DNA of 63,653 nt, the filler included, from Chiloscyllium plagiosum (taxonomy: Eukaryota): assembly GCF_004010195.1 (NCBI RefSeq). It is 5 parts of one record of this genome, joined end to end, with 100 filler letters (N's around TTAATTAATTAA, not from the genome) between each part and the next. Parts side by side here need not be neighbours in the genome. Positions count along the whole stretch, not along the records: positions 20,953 to 43,743 come from NC_057713.1; 4 more parts are not named here. The stretch is one strand, 5' to 3'. A program made the position numbers and the translations under genes. Below the pieces are notes generated by a model. It saw only the letters and a program-made list of their open reading frames with translations. It searched no databases and was not told the DNA's origin. The first letter of the stretch is position 1. Every line of letters starts with the position of its first letter. Of this stretch, positions 24,384 to 38,221 are shown in pieces.

Positions 24384-26785
24384 TCTTCTTTCCCCCCCCG
24401 CCACTGTACCTTCTTCTTTGACAAAAACTCCCAATCTTCCTCAGACTACCCCTTCTCCCGCCACCAAACTTCCCCCTGAAGGCCTTGAACCTGCCTTCGA
24501 ACTCTTCATTGCAAACTGCCGACATGACATCGAATGCCTCAATTTTGCCACACCCCCCTCACCCACTCCAACCTCCTCCCCTCCAAACATGCAGTGCTCC
24601 ACTTGCTCTGCAACCCTCCTCAGTTCACCATCAAACCCGCTGACAAAAGCGGGGCAGTGGTAGTCTGGAGAATGGGACCTCTGTCGCAGAGGCTGAAAGC
24701 CAAATCTTCGACACCACGACTTACCTCACCCTTTCCCACAACCCAATTGTGACCTATCAGGCCAAAATCCATTGCCTCATTGCCTCTGGTGATCTCCCCT
24801 CCACTATTTCCAATCTTATAGTCCCCTAGCCCCACACTGCCCGGTTCTACACTCCTAAGATCCACAAGTCCAATCGGCTGACTGATCGTCTCAGCATGCT
24901 CCTGCCCCACTAACGTCATCTCATCCTACCCCCCCCTTAGTTCCGGTACTTCCCACCTACATCTGTGATCCCAGCCATGCCCTCCATCTCTTCAGCAACT
25001 TCCAATTCCCCGGCCCACAGTGATTTCTCTTCACTATGAATGTGCAGCCCTTATACACCATGACCTCAGCTCATAACCTCATTCGTGATGAAGGGCTTAT
25101 GCCCAAAACATTGATTCTCCTGCTCTTTGGATGCTGCCTGACATGCTGTGCTTTTCCAGCACCATTCTCTCAACTCTAATCTCCAGCATCCGCAATCCTC
25201 ATTTTTGACTAGTCTGTATACACGTTCATATCCCATAATGATGGCCTCCAGGACCTCCACTTTTTCCTCTCCAAAAGACCGATCCAGTCCCCCTCCAACA
25301 ATACCCTCCTCCACCTCCCCAAACTGGCCCTCACTTTTCCTTTAACTCCTCCCATTTCTTCCAAATCCAAGGAGAGACCATGGGCACACAGATGGGCCCC
25401 AACTATGCCTGCCTCTTTGTCGGCTATGTTGAGCAGGCCCTCTTCAGTGTCTACATAGGCACTGTGCGCCAATTCTTCCGCCATTATATCGATGACTACA
25501 TCAGCGCAGAATCCTGCACCCAGGCTGAACTAGAGCAATTCAACAACTTTGCCAATATCTTCCACCCCGCCTTCAAACTCACAGTCCATTTTGGACACCC
25601 CCTTCCCTTTTCTTGACCTTTCCGTTTCCATCTCCAGTGACGGTCTCCAGACGGACGTCTACCTTAAACCCACCTCCTCCCACCCAGTAGCCTGCAAGAA
25701 CTCCATCACATTTTCCCAATTCCACTACCTCCACCACATCTGCTCAGACGAGGAGACATTCCACTGGCAAGCATCCCAGATGTCCACTGATTTTGAACAA
25801 TGTGCTTTTCCTCTCTCCCTCATCCAGACAGCTCTCTGCTGCACCACCTCCATTCCCCTTGCCACCACTCTAAACCGCACCCCCCACAATGCACTCGGGA
25901 CAGAGTCCCCCTTGTCCTCACCTACTGCCCCACCAATCTTCACATCCAACACATCATCCTCAAACACTGCCGCCAACTCCAAATAGACCCCACCACCAAG
26001 AACATCTTCTCCTCCTCACTCCTTTTTTCCTACCGCAAGAACTGTTCCCTTCCACAGTCCTTGGTTCACACCACCCCATCACCTAGCCCCCAGGTATTTT
26101 TCCCCTGTAACCAGAAAAAATGGCTGCCAGTACATCACCCTCCCATACCTCTATCCAGGGCCCCAAACAGTCCTTCCAGGTGAGCCAAAGGTTCATCTGC
26201 CTCTCCTCCAACCTAGTTTACTGTATCAGGTGTTCCCAATGTGGTCTTCTGAACAATGTGGTAGACTGAACATAAGCTTCAGGAACGGTTCACCGAGCAT
26301 CACAGCCGGATCTGCAGGGGCTGACTGGACTTCCCAGTCATCGCCCATTTCAATTCCCACAAACACTCCTTTTCCAACATGACCATCCTTGGCCTCCTCC
26401 ATTGCCAAACAAACCTTAACTCTTATTGGAGGAACAACACTTTATCTTCTGCCTGGGCACCCCACAGCCGGAGGACTCAATATTGAGTTCTCTAATTTCA
26501 AATAATCTCCTTCCCCATCCCCTGACTCCCTTCCCAGCCCCTCCCCCTCCCTTCCACTGCTCCCTGCCACCAACCAGATTCATTCCTTCCATTGACCAAC
26601 CAGATCATACCCTCTATCTGCCTTTACCTATCCCCACTTCACCACCCTGCCTCCACCTCCCCCTTATCTGCAGCTCTCCCCACACCCACCTCCAGTCTTG
26701 AAGAAGGGTTAGAACTGAAATGTCAACTTCTGCACCTCCTGATGTTGCCTTTGTTTTTCCATGCTCCTGTCTGTCTACTTCCCTT
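24384..26785 (+). mobile_element. Degraded Neptune-type Penelope-like element
   Basis: IKPADKSGAVVVW, MGTQMGPNYACLFVG, YIDD, PFLDL and SSNLVYCIRC, with a decayed hammerhead-like terminal at about 26693-26730. A second PLE terminal fragment is nested at about 25060-25210. Confidence 0.85.
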
Positions 26786-27023
26786 ATTTTAATACTTTCA
26801 CCAAGGACTCTCTTATCCTTTATCCATAATTAACTCAAAACTTATGGAGTTATGGTCACTGTTCCTAAACTATTTCCTCAGTAATCATTTGGCTGGGCTC
26901 AATGCCAGGTCTACAATGGCCCTTTCACTAGTTGAACTATTTAAATATTGTTTTAAAAACAAATTGTCCTGGACACACCTAACCAATTAAGCCCCTGACG
27001 CTAAGCAAGTCACAGTCAATATA

Positions 27024-27197
27024 AAGTTAAAAATCACACAACACCAGGTTATAGTCAAACAGGTTTAATTGGAAGCACTAGCTTTTAGATAGACGAAAGC
27101 TAGTCTGCTTCCAATTAAACCTGTTGGACTATAACCTGGTGTTGTGTGATTTTTAACTTTGTACACCCCAGTCCAACACCGGCATCTCCAAATCATG
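27024..27197. mobile_element. Inverted-duplicated Penelope-like terminal fragment
   Basis: About 60-bp inverted arms, same family as 40273-40749. TSD ACAGTCAATATA at 27012-27023 and 27198-27209. Confidence 0.8.
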
Positions 27198-28362
27198 ACA
27201 GTCAATATAGAGCAAGTTAAAATCATCTCCACAACAACTCTGTTGTTCTTGCATTTTTCTAAAATCTGTTATTCCATCTCCTGCTGGCTGTTGGGACGCT
27301 CTTTAGTAAAATTCCATCAAAATGATTAAACACTTCCTATTCCTGAGCGATATTCAAATGGTCTTGTTGGATGAGCCCTCCAAGGCGTCCTCCCTCAGTA
27401 TCGCTCTGATAGAGGGGACACAGGTTTAAGGTAAAAGGGAGCAAGTCTTTTTTAACTCAAAGGATGGCAAATTCCTGGAATATGCTGCCAGAGGAGATTA
27501 TGGAGGTGGATACAATAGCAACATTTAATAGGCAGCTTGATAGATACATGAATAGGCAGGGAATAGAGGGATATGAACCATATTGCGGCAAAAGGTTTTT
27601 AGTTTACAAAGGCATCATGCATCAGTCCAGTCTTGTTGGGCTGAAAGGTGCTATACCGTTTTTTCTATTAGCTGACCTCCTATCCTCTCCCTGTAGCCAG
27701 GGAGGAATTGAAATCTTGGGTAAGAGCCACTTGTACTCATTTGTCTCACACAGCAACCTATTGGCCATCATGGGCGATTCATGACCAGTGGCAGGATTGT
27801 CTTGCTGCAATTGTACAGGGTCTTAGGGAATGAGTTGTGTGTATGGTCTTAGTCTCCATATCTGAGGAAGAATAGCCCTGGCTATGGGAGGAGTGCAGAG
27901 AGGTTTACCAGACTGATATCTGGGAAGCTGGAGCTGACACGCAAGGAGAGGTTTCATTGGTTAGGATTATATTTACTGCAGTTCAGAAGAATGAGTGGAA
28001 TGGGGAATGTCAATAAAACTTCTCAAATTCTGACATGTCTGAAGCGGCTAGATTCAGGAAGAATGACCAGGGAGTCCAGAACCAGGGGTCACAGTTTCAG
28101 GATATGGGTAAAGTATTTAGGATTGAGGGTGATGTTGTTGGGAAAAGTTTAAATTAGTTTGGCAGGAGGCACCAAGATCACTTCACTAGAGAAATGACAT
28201 ACTACAGTCAAGGAGCCAGTGCTGGAAGAATTCAGCCCTGTTCCATTTCAGGGGAGCAAGGCAAAGCTGGACTTTTAAGTATAGGACTATTACAAGTACG
28301 ATGAATGGGTTAAGGCAATGGATTAATATGTGGAATTGCAATGTTGCCTTCACAGAAACATG

Positions 28363-28537
28363 AGTCAAGATTCGAGTGGTGCTGGAAAAGCACAGCCAGT
28401 CAGGCAGCATCCGAGAAGCAGGAAAATCGACGTTTTGGGCAAAAACCTTTCAGCAGGAATGAGGGACTGACTTACTGCGCTTTTCCAGCACCACTCGAAT
28501 CTTGACTATAATCTCCAGCATCTGTAGTACCCACTTC
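28363..28537. mobile_element. Inverted-duplicated Penelope-like terminal fragment
   Basis: Inverted arms. 18-bp TSD TGCCTTCACAGAAACATG at 28345-28362 and 28538-28555. Confidence 0.8.
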
Positions 28538-29250
28538 TGCCTTCACAGAAACATGGTTGAGGGAGGGGCAGGACTGGCAAGGCAACATTCAAGGTACAGT
28601 ATCTTGAGGGAGAACAGGGGAGGGTGTAAGAGTAGTTGGTATCAGATAATTAACTAAGAAGTTATTTTTTCCAGTCATTTGTGGGATGTGGACATCGTTG
28701 GCTGGGCCAGCATTTATTGCCCGTCCTTAGCTGCCCCTTGAGAAGGTGGAGATAAGGTGAATTCTTGAACTACTGCAGTCCATGTGCTGTAAGTAGGCCC
28801 GCAATACCCTGAGGGAGGGAATTCTGGATTTTGACAGCAATAGTAAAGAAACAGAAGGGTTGATATCTTGAAATGGTCATTAAATGAGGAGTCGTGGGTA
28901 GGTTTTAGAGATAAAAAGTGGCAGTCACACTGAGGATTGTATTATAAGCCTTCAAAAAGTCAACGGATGATAGAGGAGCAGTCAGTTCACTGAGGCATGT
29001 AAAAATAATAGTGTAATTATATTGGAGATTTCAACTATACTGATATTAATGGGAATAATCGTGTTTTAAAGGATTAGAGGGGTAAATTTCTTATAATATA
29101 TCCAGGAGAATGTTTTATATCAACATGTAGATGACTTCACAAAAGATGGTGTGATTCTGGATCTAACTCTGGGGGAGCAAAGCCGGACAAGTGTTTGAAG
29201 TGACAGTGAAGGATCATTTTAGTGATAGTGACCATAACATGTTTGTTATG

Positions 29251-30018
29251 TGTTAAAATACAGTGGTGAACCCTTCTGCTAATTAAACAAAACATCCAGA
29301 AAAGCTCACCTTGTCTCATAATCTGTTAAAATATGGCTAACAGAGAACTCCCAAATTCCACTATATAAAGAAAATAATATCAATTTATTCTTTAACTCTA
29401 AAAGTGAACATTACACAACAACTATTCACAACTCTAAGCCTCCCTTTCTCTTAATTGCTTATTATTTGCCTCCAATTTTATAACAATATATTGTTCCAAT
29501 AAAAACCCTTATTAAAATTACATCAACTTAATTTCAAAACCATACAGTGGCTGCTATCATTGGTGTCTTTCTTCTTTCAGCTGAAGATCTCCCTGAGTTA
29601 TCACTGCAAATACTTTTCATATGAAAAAGTACCTTTGATAGGGAGTAATTTTGAATGGCAGTTACTCTGTTGATGTCTCTGACTCTCTCTCTCTCTCTCT
29701 CTCTGTCATTCAAGCTGCCTGCCTCTTTTATTCCCTCCAACACTGGATCATCTCATTGGTTCAATGTTGGCAAAACAATAAATGCAAAAGTGTTTGGGGT
29801 TTTATTATCCTGGGACATGATTTAAACTGGTTAAATTTGAATTGTTGTCAAAACAACAAACAACTTAGGTATATATTTTATAGCCAAATGTTACATATTT
29901 TCAGTTTTCCAGTACATTGAGACTGCTAGCTAGTCATACAACATGTGCTTGTAAGCTCTTTGCAAGTCAGCATTCATTCTCTCTTAAAGGTACAGTATGC
30001 ACCTTCAACTTCATAACA
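29251..30018. mobile_element. Solo LTR (probably Gypsy)
   Basis: Begins TGTTA, ends TAACA, is flanked by a 4-bp TSD TATG, and interrupts a collinear CR1. Confidence 0.75.
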
Positions 30019-31499
30019 TATGGAAAAGGAAATACATCTGCAGGAAAAAACATGTTTTGGACTGGGTAAGGTTGATTTTATTAAATCAAGGCAAGATCTA
30101 GCTAAACTAGATCAGGAACAGGTATTTGAGAGTAAATCTTCAGCAGGACAGTAAGTACAGGCTGAACATGTTTCCTACAGGGTAAAATGTAGGAAGAACA
30201 AGCCCAAGATGTCTAGAAATACTCAGGACTGAATAAGGCGAAGAGAGACATAGAAAGTGTGTAGATGAGGGTAGAGCAGTTGATGTAGTTTGCATGGATT
30301 TCAACAGGGGCTTAAACAAAGGTCCCAGCTGGGAGACTGATCACAAGGAAAAAGCCCAAGGGATCCTTGGTAGCTGGCAATGTGGATTCAAAATGAGATT
30401 AGTGGTAGGGGGCAGAGGATGGTAGAAGAAGACTGTTTGTGTAACTGAAGGAAGCCGGGTGCCTCATGGTGCACCACAGGAATCAGTGGTTGGTCCCCCT
30501 ATTGTCTGTGATTTATAGAAACAAGGTCTATGAGAATGTGAGGAGAATGATCAATAAGTTTGCAGATGAAACAAAGATTGGTCAGGTGATTGACAATACA
30601 GAAGAAAGTGTTTGGTTGCAGAAGGATAAAAACAGATTGGTCAGATAGACAGATGGAATTTAACCCTGTTAAATGTGAGGGGGTACACTTTGGAAGAAGG
30701 AAAAAGACAAGCGAGCACTCAAAGAATGGCAGAACACCAGAAAGCTCAGAGGAACAGAGGGGTTTTGAAGGAATGTATCCCTGAAGCTGGCAGGACAAGT
30801 TAATCAGGTGGTAAAGAAGGCATTGGGGACAGGTGTTTCAGTCAAGACATTGATTATAAGAGCAGGGAGGTTATGCTGGAGCCAGACAGGACTTTTGGTG
30901 AGGCCACAGCTGTTTTACTGCGTGCAGTTCTGGTCCCCACACTATAGGAAGGATGTGATTTCACTGGAGGGGGTTTAAAGGAGATTCACCAGGATGTTGC
31001 GTGGGATTTAAGCAATGAAAAGAAGTTGGATAAGCTTGGATTGTTTTCTTTGGAGCAGAGAAGATTGAGGGGGCACCTGATAGAGGTGTATAAGATTGCG
31101 AGGCATGGACAGTGTCAATAAAAAGTTGATATTCTTCTTAGTCAAAGGGTCAATACCAAAGGGGTATAATTTTAAGGTGAAAGGCAGGATTAAAGGGGGT
31201 CTGAGTAAAAGAATCTTCACTCAGAGGATGGTGGGAATCTGGAATGCACTGCCTGAGAGGGTAAGAAGGCAGGAAACCTCACATCATTTAAACATTTTTT
31301 AAAAATTATGTGGATTTGCACATGACATGTCATTATTAATCATGGCTGGTCTCGTGTAGATTTAGAGTAACAGTGGCAGTGCACACTTGATGACCTGAAG
31401 AGCATCTTCTGGCCTGTGATTCTGTATTCTACTTGGGCTTAGTACAGATAAAAGACCAAATACTTCAGGATGAGACATCAAAAGGGAATAATAGTTAAT

Positions 31500-32650
31500 G
31501 TAAGTTGAGCATGAGACGGAAATGAAAAACCTGGAAATGGCGAGGTAGGAAAGGATTACACAGGACAGAAAAAGGAAAACTAATCAAAGCAAATGCATTT
31601 AAATAAAATAGAAAATGTCAGTGAAACAACCAGAACTAGAATTGGAAGAACAAGATAAAGTAATATAATATGAAGGTAAGCTTACAATGATGTTGTTGAG
31701 CTAGAGATGTCTGATAATGATGCAGTCTCTCATACAGAGAATTTGTACCACATCTGAATGCTCAATAAAAAAATGTTTCTACAGGCCCTATCAAAAATTC
31801 AGGAAAAGGATGTGGAGTCATTTTTCATGTCTTGTGAGAAAATGAGCGAACAAATATATTGGAAAATTAACTTGACATTACTGATAGATGAAGCACAAAG
31901 TTATATTTTATTGTTGGAGGTGGATTTTACAAATTAAGACTTTTTTTAAAAAACCTATGTCAACTAAAAGGATGTGAATGCTTTGTAGAGGGTGCACCAG
32001 GATATTGCCTGGTATGGAGGGTGTTAGCTATGAAGAAAGGTTGAATAGATTAGGATTATTTTCATTAGAAAGACAAAGGTTGAGGGGACACCTGATTGAG
32101 GTCTACAAAATCATGAGAGGTATAGACAAGGTGGATAATTATCCACAGAGAGGGGGACTCAATTACTAGGGGCCACGAGTTCAAAGTGAGAGGAGAAAGG
32201 GGAGATATGTGTGGAAAGCTCTTTATGGAGAGGGTGGTGGGTGTCTGGAACACGTTGTCAGCGAGGTGGTGGAGGCGGGCACCATAGCGTCATTTAAGAT
32301 GCGTCTAGACAGACACATAAATAGGCAGGGAGCGTACAGATCTTTTGAAATGTTTAGATAGAGGATCTGGATCAGCGCAGGCTTAGAGGGCCGAAGGGCT
32401 GATCCTGTTCTGTAATTTTCTTTGTTTTTTGACTGTATGACTTAGTCAGTGAGCCATATAGGAGAAGCTTCTAAATTTTATGGAAACAACCTGGGCAAAC
32501 TGTGTATTGAATTTGAAGGAGTTGAGCCAAGTAATTTTCACAAGTAGGTCTGAGCATGACAGACAGAAACCATGTATTAAGATCTTAGAGATTATTCTCG
32601 TGAAATTTAGACATACACTACCCTTCGTAATAAGAATTCATTTTGAGGAC
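31500..32650 (+). mobile_element. Degraded Gypsy (Gmr1-like) gag remnant, interrupted by CR1
   Basis: KIQEKDVESFFMSCEKMSEQIYW (about 31795-31862) and YDLVSEPYRRSF (about 32436-32472) resemble the EKDVxxYFxxFE and YELVPEAYRQKF gag motifs. Confidence 0.6.
31965..32435 (+). mobile_element. CR1 3' fragment
   Basis: LGLFSLERQRLRGHLIEVYKIM. Confidence 0.85.
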
Positions 32651-32841
32651 CAATTGACACTGGCCATGTCCCATTGATGTTCATTGAAAATTCTAAAACT
32701 CAAAATGCCAAACCAACTCAGGTGGAGTTATCTGTTCGAACCATTGATTATTCCTGTTGTTGAAGTGATCATGTAATTTCAGTTGCATTACCTCTAGTGT
32801 AAGGTGATGGAACAAATTAAAGGTTTAAAAAATTCTAGTAA

Positions 32842-33545
32842 ATAGAACATAGAACATAGAACAATACAACACAGAATAGGCCCTACGGCCCTCGATGTTG
32901 CGCCAACCTGTGAACTATTCTCAGCTCGTCCCCTTACACTATCCCAAAATCATTGATGTGCTTATCTAAGAATTGTTTAAATCACACTAATGTGGCTGAG
33001 TTAACTACATTGGCAGGCAGCGCAGTCCACGCCCTTACCACTCTCTGAGCAAAGAACCTGCCTCTGACATCTGTCTTAAATCTATCACCCCTCAGTTTGT
33101 AGTTATGCCCTCTCATACAAGCTGACAAAATCATCCTAGGAAAAAGACTTTCACTGTCTACTCGAATTAATCCTCTGATCATCTTGTATGTCTCTATCAA
33201 GTCCCCTCTTAGCCTTCTTCTTTCCAATGAGAACAGGCCCAAGTCTCTCAGCCTTTCCTCATAAGACCTTCCCTCCAGACCAGGCAACATCCTGGTAAAT
33301 CTCCTCTGCACCTTTTCCAATGCTTCCACATCCTTCCTGTAATGGGGCGACCAGAACTGTACACAATATTCCAAGTGTAGCCGAACCAGCGTTTTGTATA
33401 GTTGCAGCATAATATTGCGGTTCCGGAACTCAATCCCTCTACGAGTGAAACCTAACACACTGTATGCCTTCTTAACAGCATTATCCACCTGGGTGACAAC
33501 TTTCAGGGATCTACGTACATGGAATTCAAGATCCCTCTGCACATC
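32842..33545 (-). mobile_element. CR1 3' fragment
   Basis: 186-aa ORF at 32982-33542 and a (GTTCTAT)n tail. Confidence 0.92.
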
Positions 33546-33721
33546 CTTACTTGTATAAGGTTCTTAAATGGGAGTTCTTAAAATGTTTTGTGTATCACGT
33601 ATCTTAAAAAAATGAAACATCAAATAAAAAATATCACAAGGGTGGCAGATTGTCAAGACTATGTGCTTTTTCTTAGAGTCAAAAGATGATTAGACATAGG
33701 AGCAGAATTAGGTCATCAAAT

Positions 33722-33980
33722 CAGAGAGGACAGAGCGAGAGAGGACAGAACGAGAGAGGACAGAGCAACACAGGATAGAGCGAGAGAGGACAGAATGAGA
33801 GAGGACAGAGCAACACAGGACAGAGCGACACAGTACAGAGCGAGAGAGGACAGAGCGAGCGAGGACAGAGCAATACAGGACAGAGCGACACAGGACAGAG
33901 CGAGAGAGGACAGAGCGTGAGAAGAGAGAGCGAGACAGGACAGAGTGAGACAGGACAGAGCGACACAGGACAGAGCGAGA
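33722..33980 (+). repeat. 15-bp minisatellite, about 17 copies
   Basis: Alternating GAGAGGACAGAGCGA and CACAGGACAGAGCGA units. Confidence 0.92.
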
Positions 33981-33983
33981 GGA

Positions 33984-34270
33984 ACACAGTGGCTCAGTGG
34001 TTAGCATTGCTGCCTCATATAACTGGGGTTCTGGGTTCGATTGCAGCCTGTGGAGTTTGCACATTCTCTGCCTGTGTCTGCGTGGGTTTCCTCCCACAGT
34101 TCAAAGATATGCAGGTCAGATGGATTGGCCATGCTAAATTGCCCGTAGAGTTAGGTGCATTAGTCAGCGGTTAATATGGGGAAATGAGTCTGGGTGGGTT
34201 ACTCTTCGGAGGGTCGGTGTGGACTAGTCGGGCTGAAGGGCCTGTTTCCACACTGTAGTGAATCTAATCA
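33984..34270 (+). mobile_element. HE1-type V-SINE
   Basis: tRNA head, V-domain and tail. Confidence 0.88.
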
Positions 34271-36325
34271 CTAGAGTGACACAGGAGTGATGCTGTAAGA
34301 TCAGCAACATAGCACCTCCAAAAGTAGCTGCTGATCTTCCCAGCAACATTCCACTCTTTAAACTTCTCAACCTTCACCCTCCTGTCTCGTCTCCCATCTC
34401 CTTTGTCCACTAACAGTAACATCAGTAAAAATCCTGAATGATTGCCTTCCAGGTTCCGTCAAAGATGGAGTGAAATATTAGACACTGATTATTATTAACG
34501 CAGCTGATGGTTATCTCAAAAATGTAAGGCCTGAGAATCCCTGTGCACTTGCTGAATCCAATAATATCCCCCAATGATGCACATGTCTACAGAACATACA
34601 ATCATGGGATCATGGACTCCCTACGGTGTAGAGAGGCCATTAAGTCTGCAACAACCTTCCCCAACAGCATCCAACCTATCCCCTTAACCCCATATTTACC
34701 AATACTTAACCGACCTACCCTGAACACTGCGGCCAATCCACCTAACCCGCACAGCTTTGGACCATGGGAGGGTACTCGTCAAAGGCATCTTTGGAACTCT
34801 CAAGAATTCCTCCTGTGCAGTATTTTTACTGATTTGCTTTGCCCAGTCTGTAAGCAGATTGCAATGGCCTATAATTACGGCTGAATCTTTGTTCCTTCCA
34901 TTTGCTTTCCAATGCCTTCCCCAGTATAACTACTATGGCTTGATCTCATGCAGTCTCAGTGGCTTGCCAACTTTAAGTACCATCACTTTATTCCAGGTCA
35001 ATTTTTCCTGATCAGTTTTAAATCTTTCTAGTTTCCTCCTCTGTTACCATGGTAACATTTTCACCTTTTGTAAAGGGGGATGTGAAGTTCCTTTAACCCC
35101 TCAGCAATGCTGCTGCCTCCCCGTGTCAATCCCTTTTTGAGTCTCTGATCAGCCCTACTCCTCCCTTAACCACTTCCTGTCTATACACCTCACACCCTCT
35201 CACAATAACAGCTCACGATACATGGACCTTCCTAATAACTGGCTGAATCTTTCTGTTTGTGCTCAGTGATTTATCAGCATGGGCTCCGCCGTCACTCTGT
35301 ACAGCTACACGTTCCACCCTCCCACCATTTCAGAAATACCCTCCATTTGCGCCTCTTACCAAGTGGATAACTTCATATTTTCCACATTCTATTCCATTAG
35401 CCATAGACCATAACATAGAGAAACAGAGTGAGGCCATTCAACCCATTGCCCTGCTTTCTTCACATTATTACAGGATCTCTCTCTGTCTTAAAGACATTCT
35501 GTGACTTGGCCCCCACAGCCCTCTGCACCAATCAGTTCCACAGATTCCCCACCCTCTGGCTCAGCTTTAATGGATTGTCCCTTCACCCTGAGGCCATGCC
35601 CCTGGGTCCTCGTCTCCCCTACGAGTAGAAACATCTTCTCCATGCCCACTCTGTCCTGGCCTCTAAGTTTCAATCAGATCCTCTTTGTCCTCCTAACCTC
35701 CATCGAGTACAGACCCAGAGTCCTCAACTGCCCCCAGTGTGACAAGCCCTTCACCCCCGGGATCATTCTTGTAACCCTCCTCTGGACCCCCTCCAACACC
35801 AGCATACCACTCCTTAGATACAGGGCCTAAAACTGCTCACAATATTCTAAATGCAGTCTGACTAGGGCTTTATACAGCCTCAGCTCTTGTTTTCCAGAGC
35901 TCTTGAAATAAATGCTAACATTGCATTTGCCTTCCTAACTGCTAATTTAAACTGCATATTAACCTTGAGAGATTCCTGAACTAGGACTCCCAAATTCCTT
36001 TGCGCTTCAGATTTCCAAAGCCTTTCCTGTTTAGAAAATAGTTCATGCCTCTATTCTTCCTTCCCACGTTGTATTCCATCGACCCACTGTCCCAACCTGT
36101 CCAAGTCCCTCTGCTGCCTCCATGCTGCCTCACTAGTAGCTCTCCCTCCACCTAGCTTTGTGTCATCTACAAACTGAGCAATAAAGACCTCAGTTTCTTC
36201 GTTCAGATCGTTAATGTATAACCTGAATAGTTATGGTCACAACACTAACCCCCGAAAAACTCCACTGGTCACTGACTGTCATCCTGAGATAGATCTCTTT
36301 AATCTCACTCCCTGTCTTCTGCCAA

Positions 36326-36411
36326 TAGAACATAGAACATAGAACAATACAGCACAGAACAGGCCCTTCGGCCCACGATGTTGTGCCGAACATTTGTCCT
36401 AGCTTAAGCAC
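36326..36411 (-). mobile_element. Extremely 5'-truncated young CR1 (3'UTR only)
   Basis: Essentially identical to the 3' ends at 20005-20110 and 24035-24114. Apparent TSD CCAAT. Confidence 0.85.
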
Positions 36412-37535
36412 CCAATCAGCCAATCCTCTATCCATACCAGTACTTTGCCCCGAACACCATGGGCTCTTATATTATTTAGCAACCTCCTGTGCAGCACCTT
36501 GTCAAAGGCCTTCTAAAAATCCAAATAGATCACATCTACTGGCTCTCCTTTGTCTAACTTGTTCATTACCTCAAAGAATTCTAACAGATTTGTCAGGTGT
36601 GACCTCCCGTTGATGAAGCCGTATTGACTCCTCCCTATTTTACCATGCACTTTCAAGTACTCCACAATCTCATCCTTAATAATGGACTCTAAAATTTTAC
36701 CAACAACTGAGGTCAGGCTAACTGGCCTATAGTTTCCTGTCTTCTGCATCCATTCCTTCTTAAACAGGGATGTTACTTTAGCCATTTTCCAGTCCTCTGA
36801 GACCCACCCTGATTCCAGTGACTCCTGAAAGATCACAACTTTTACAATCTCAACAGCTATCTCCTTCAGAACTCTGAGGTATAGTCCATCTGATCTGGAT
36901 GATTTGTCCACCTTCACACCTTTCAGCTTTCCCAGCTTCTTCTTCTTAGTGATGGCTTCTGCACTCACCTCTGTCCCTGACTCTCTTGAAGTTCTGGTAT
37001 TCTGCTGGTGTCTTCCACTGTGAAAACTGACACAAAGTACCAAATCAGTTCCTCCACCATTGGACGACTTGAAAATGATGCTGGAGAAGTAGCAATGTTC
37101 ACTGTTGTCTGTCTTTTAACTTTGAATGTTTCTTAAAAAAAACTCATCCAAATCTTTTTATATTACTAGCTAGCTTACTTTTAGTTATCCTTTGCTGGTT
37201 TTTAAAGGCTTCATAATCCTTTGGCTTCCCACTAGTCTTCACATCATGTGTGTTTTCTTTTGCTTTTAGTCTATCCATGATTTCTCTGGTCATCCAGATG
37301 AATTTCTGCTGTGCCTCCTGAATTACTCCTGCCATTGCTGCTCCACCATCTTCCCTACTAGGCTCTCTTTCCAATTGCCTCTGACGAGCTGTTCTCTCAT
37401 GTTTTTGTAGTTACCTGTACTCATTTGTGATATTGAGGGGGAAAAGCTGGAATCAGATGGAACAAACTATGGGGTGGATTCTATAAATATGATCACTGCT
37501 ACCCGAGGGATTCCCTCATCTTCAGCTCCCTAATC

Positions 37536-37630
37536 AGTTTCCTGATGATGGGCTTTTGCCTGAAACATCGATTTTCCTGCTCCTTGGATGCTGCCTGACC
37601 TGTTGTGCTTTTCCAGCAAAACTCTAATCT
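37536..37630 (+). mobile_element. Penelope-like terminal fragment with hammerhead motif
   Basis: CTGATGA-T-GGGC-TTTT-GCCT-GAAA-CA-TC starting at 37542. Confidence 0.72.
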
Positions 37631-38221
37631 CGTCCCAATTCAAGCCTACCCCCTTATACAATTGCCTGTTCCCTAGTGAATGCTACCACAATCTGCTTCC
37701 AAAACATCTTGTAGACATTCCACAAATTTATTTTTTTGTGATCTGCTATCAACCTGATTTTCCAGCTCACCTGCAGATTGAAGACCCTTTGCTGGTTGTA
37801 GTTGTGCCTTTCTTTATTATCTCCTTATTTATTTTCTTCCCACATCCTTGCTACTGCTAGGAGGCTTGTACATAACTCCCAGCAGTTCCTCAACTCTATT
37901 CATGGATTCTACACCTTTTGAATCTCTAATCTCTTCCTGCTAATGATTTAATCTCATTTCTTATTAACAAGGCAAAACCACCCCCTTTACCCATTCATTC
38001 CCAGCCTTGATCCCCTTGTAGCCATGTTCCTCTGATGACCATAACACCATGCCCACAAATTTCAATCTGCATTACAAGCTCATTTACCTTGTTTTACATT
38101 CTATGTGTATTTAAGTACAACACACTCAGTCCTGTGTTCGCTGTCCCCCTTTTAATAGTTATCCCTTTATCCACTGTGGCTGAAATTAGATTCCTGATCT
38201 GTTCCATACTTGGCCCGAGAA

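Larger units (their letters stand above)
28135..31430 (+). mobile_element. Old, heavily degraded CR1 ORF2 (APE to 3'UTR) with nested insertions
   Basis: Remnants of AFTETWL, IIIGDFN, FADETKIG and MEFNPVKCE. Confidence 0.75.
35000..38210 (-). mobile_element. Old CR1 ORF2 fragments
   Basis: ORF 36513-37043 has [14 protein letters not shown]...DVIYLDF. APE remnants lie toward 38100. Confidence 0.8.

Noticed and set aside
33708..34097. Repetitive Ser/Cys/Arg-rich ORFs (RSVLS, LCPVS repeats)
   Set aside because: By-product of a 15-bp minisatellite fused to a SINE.
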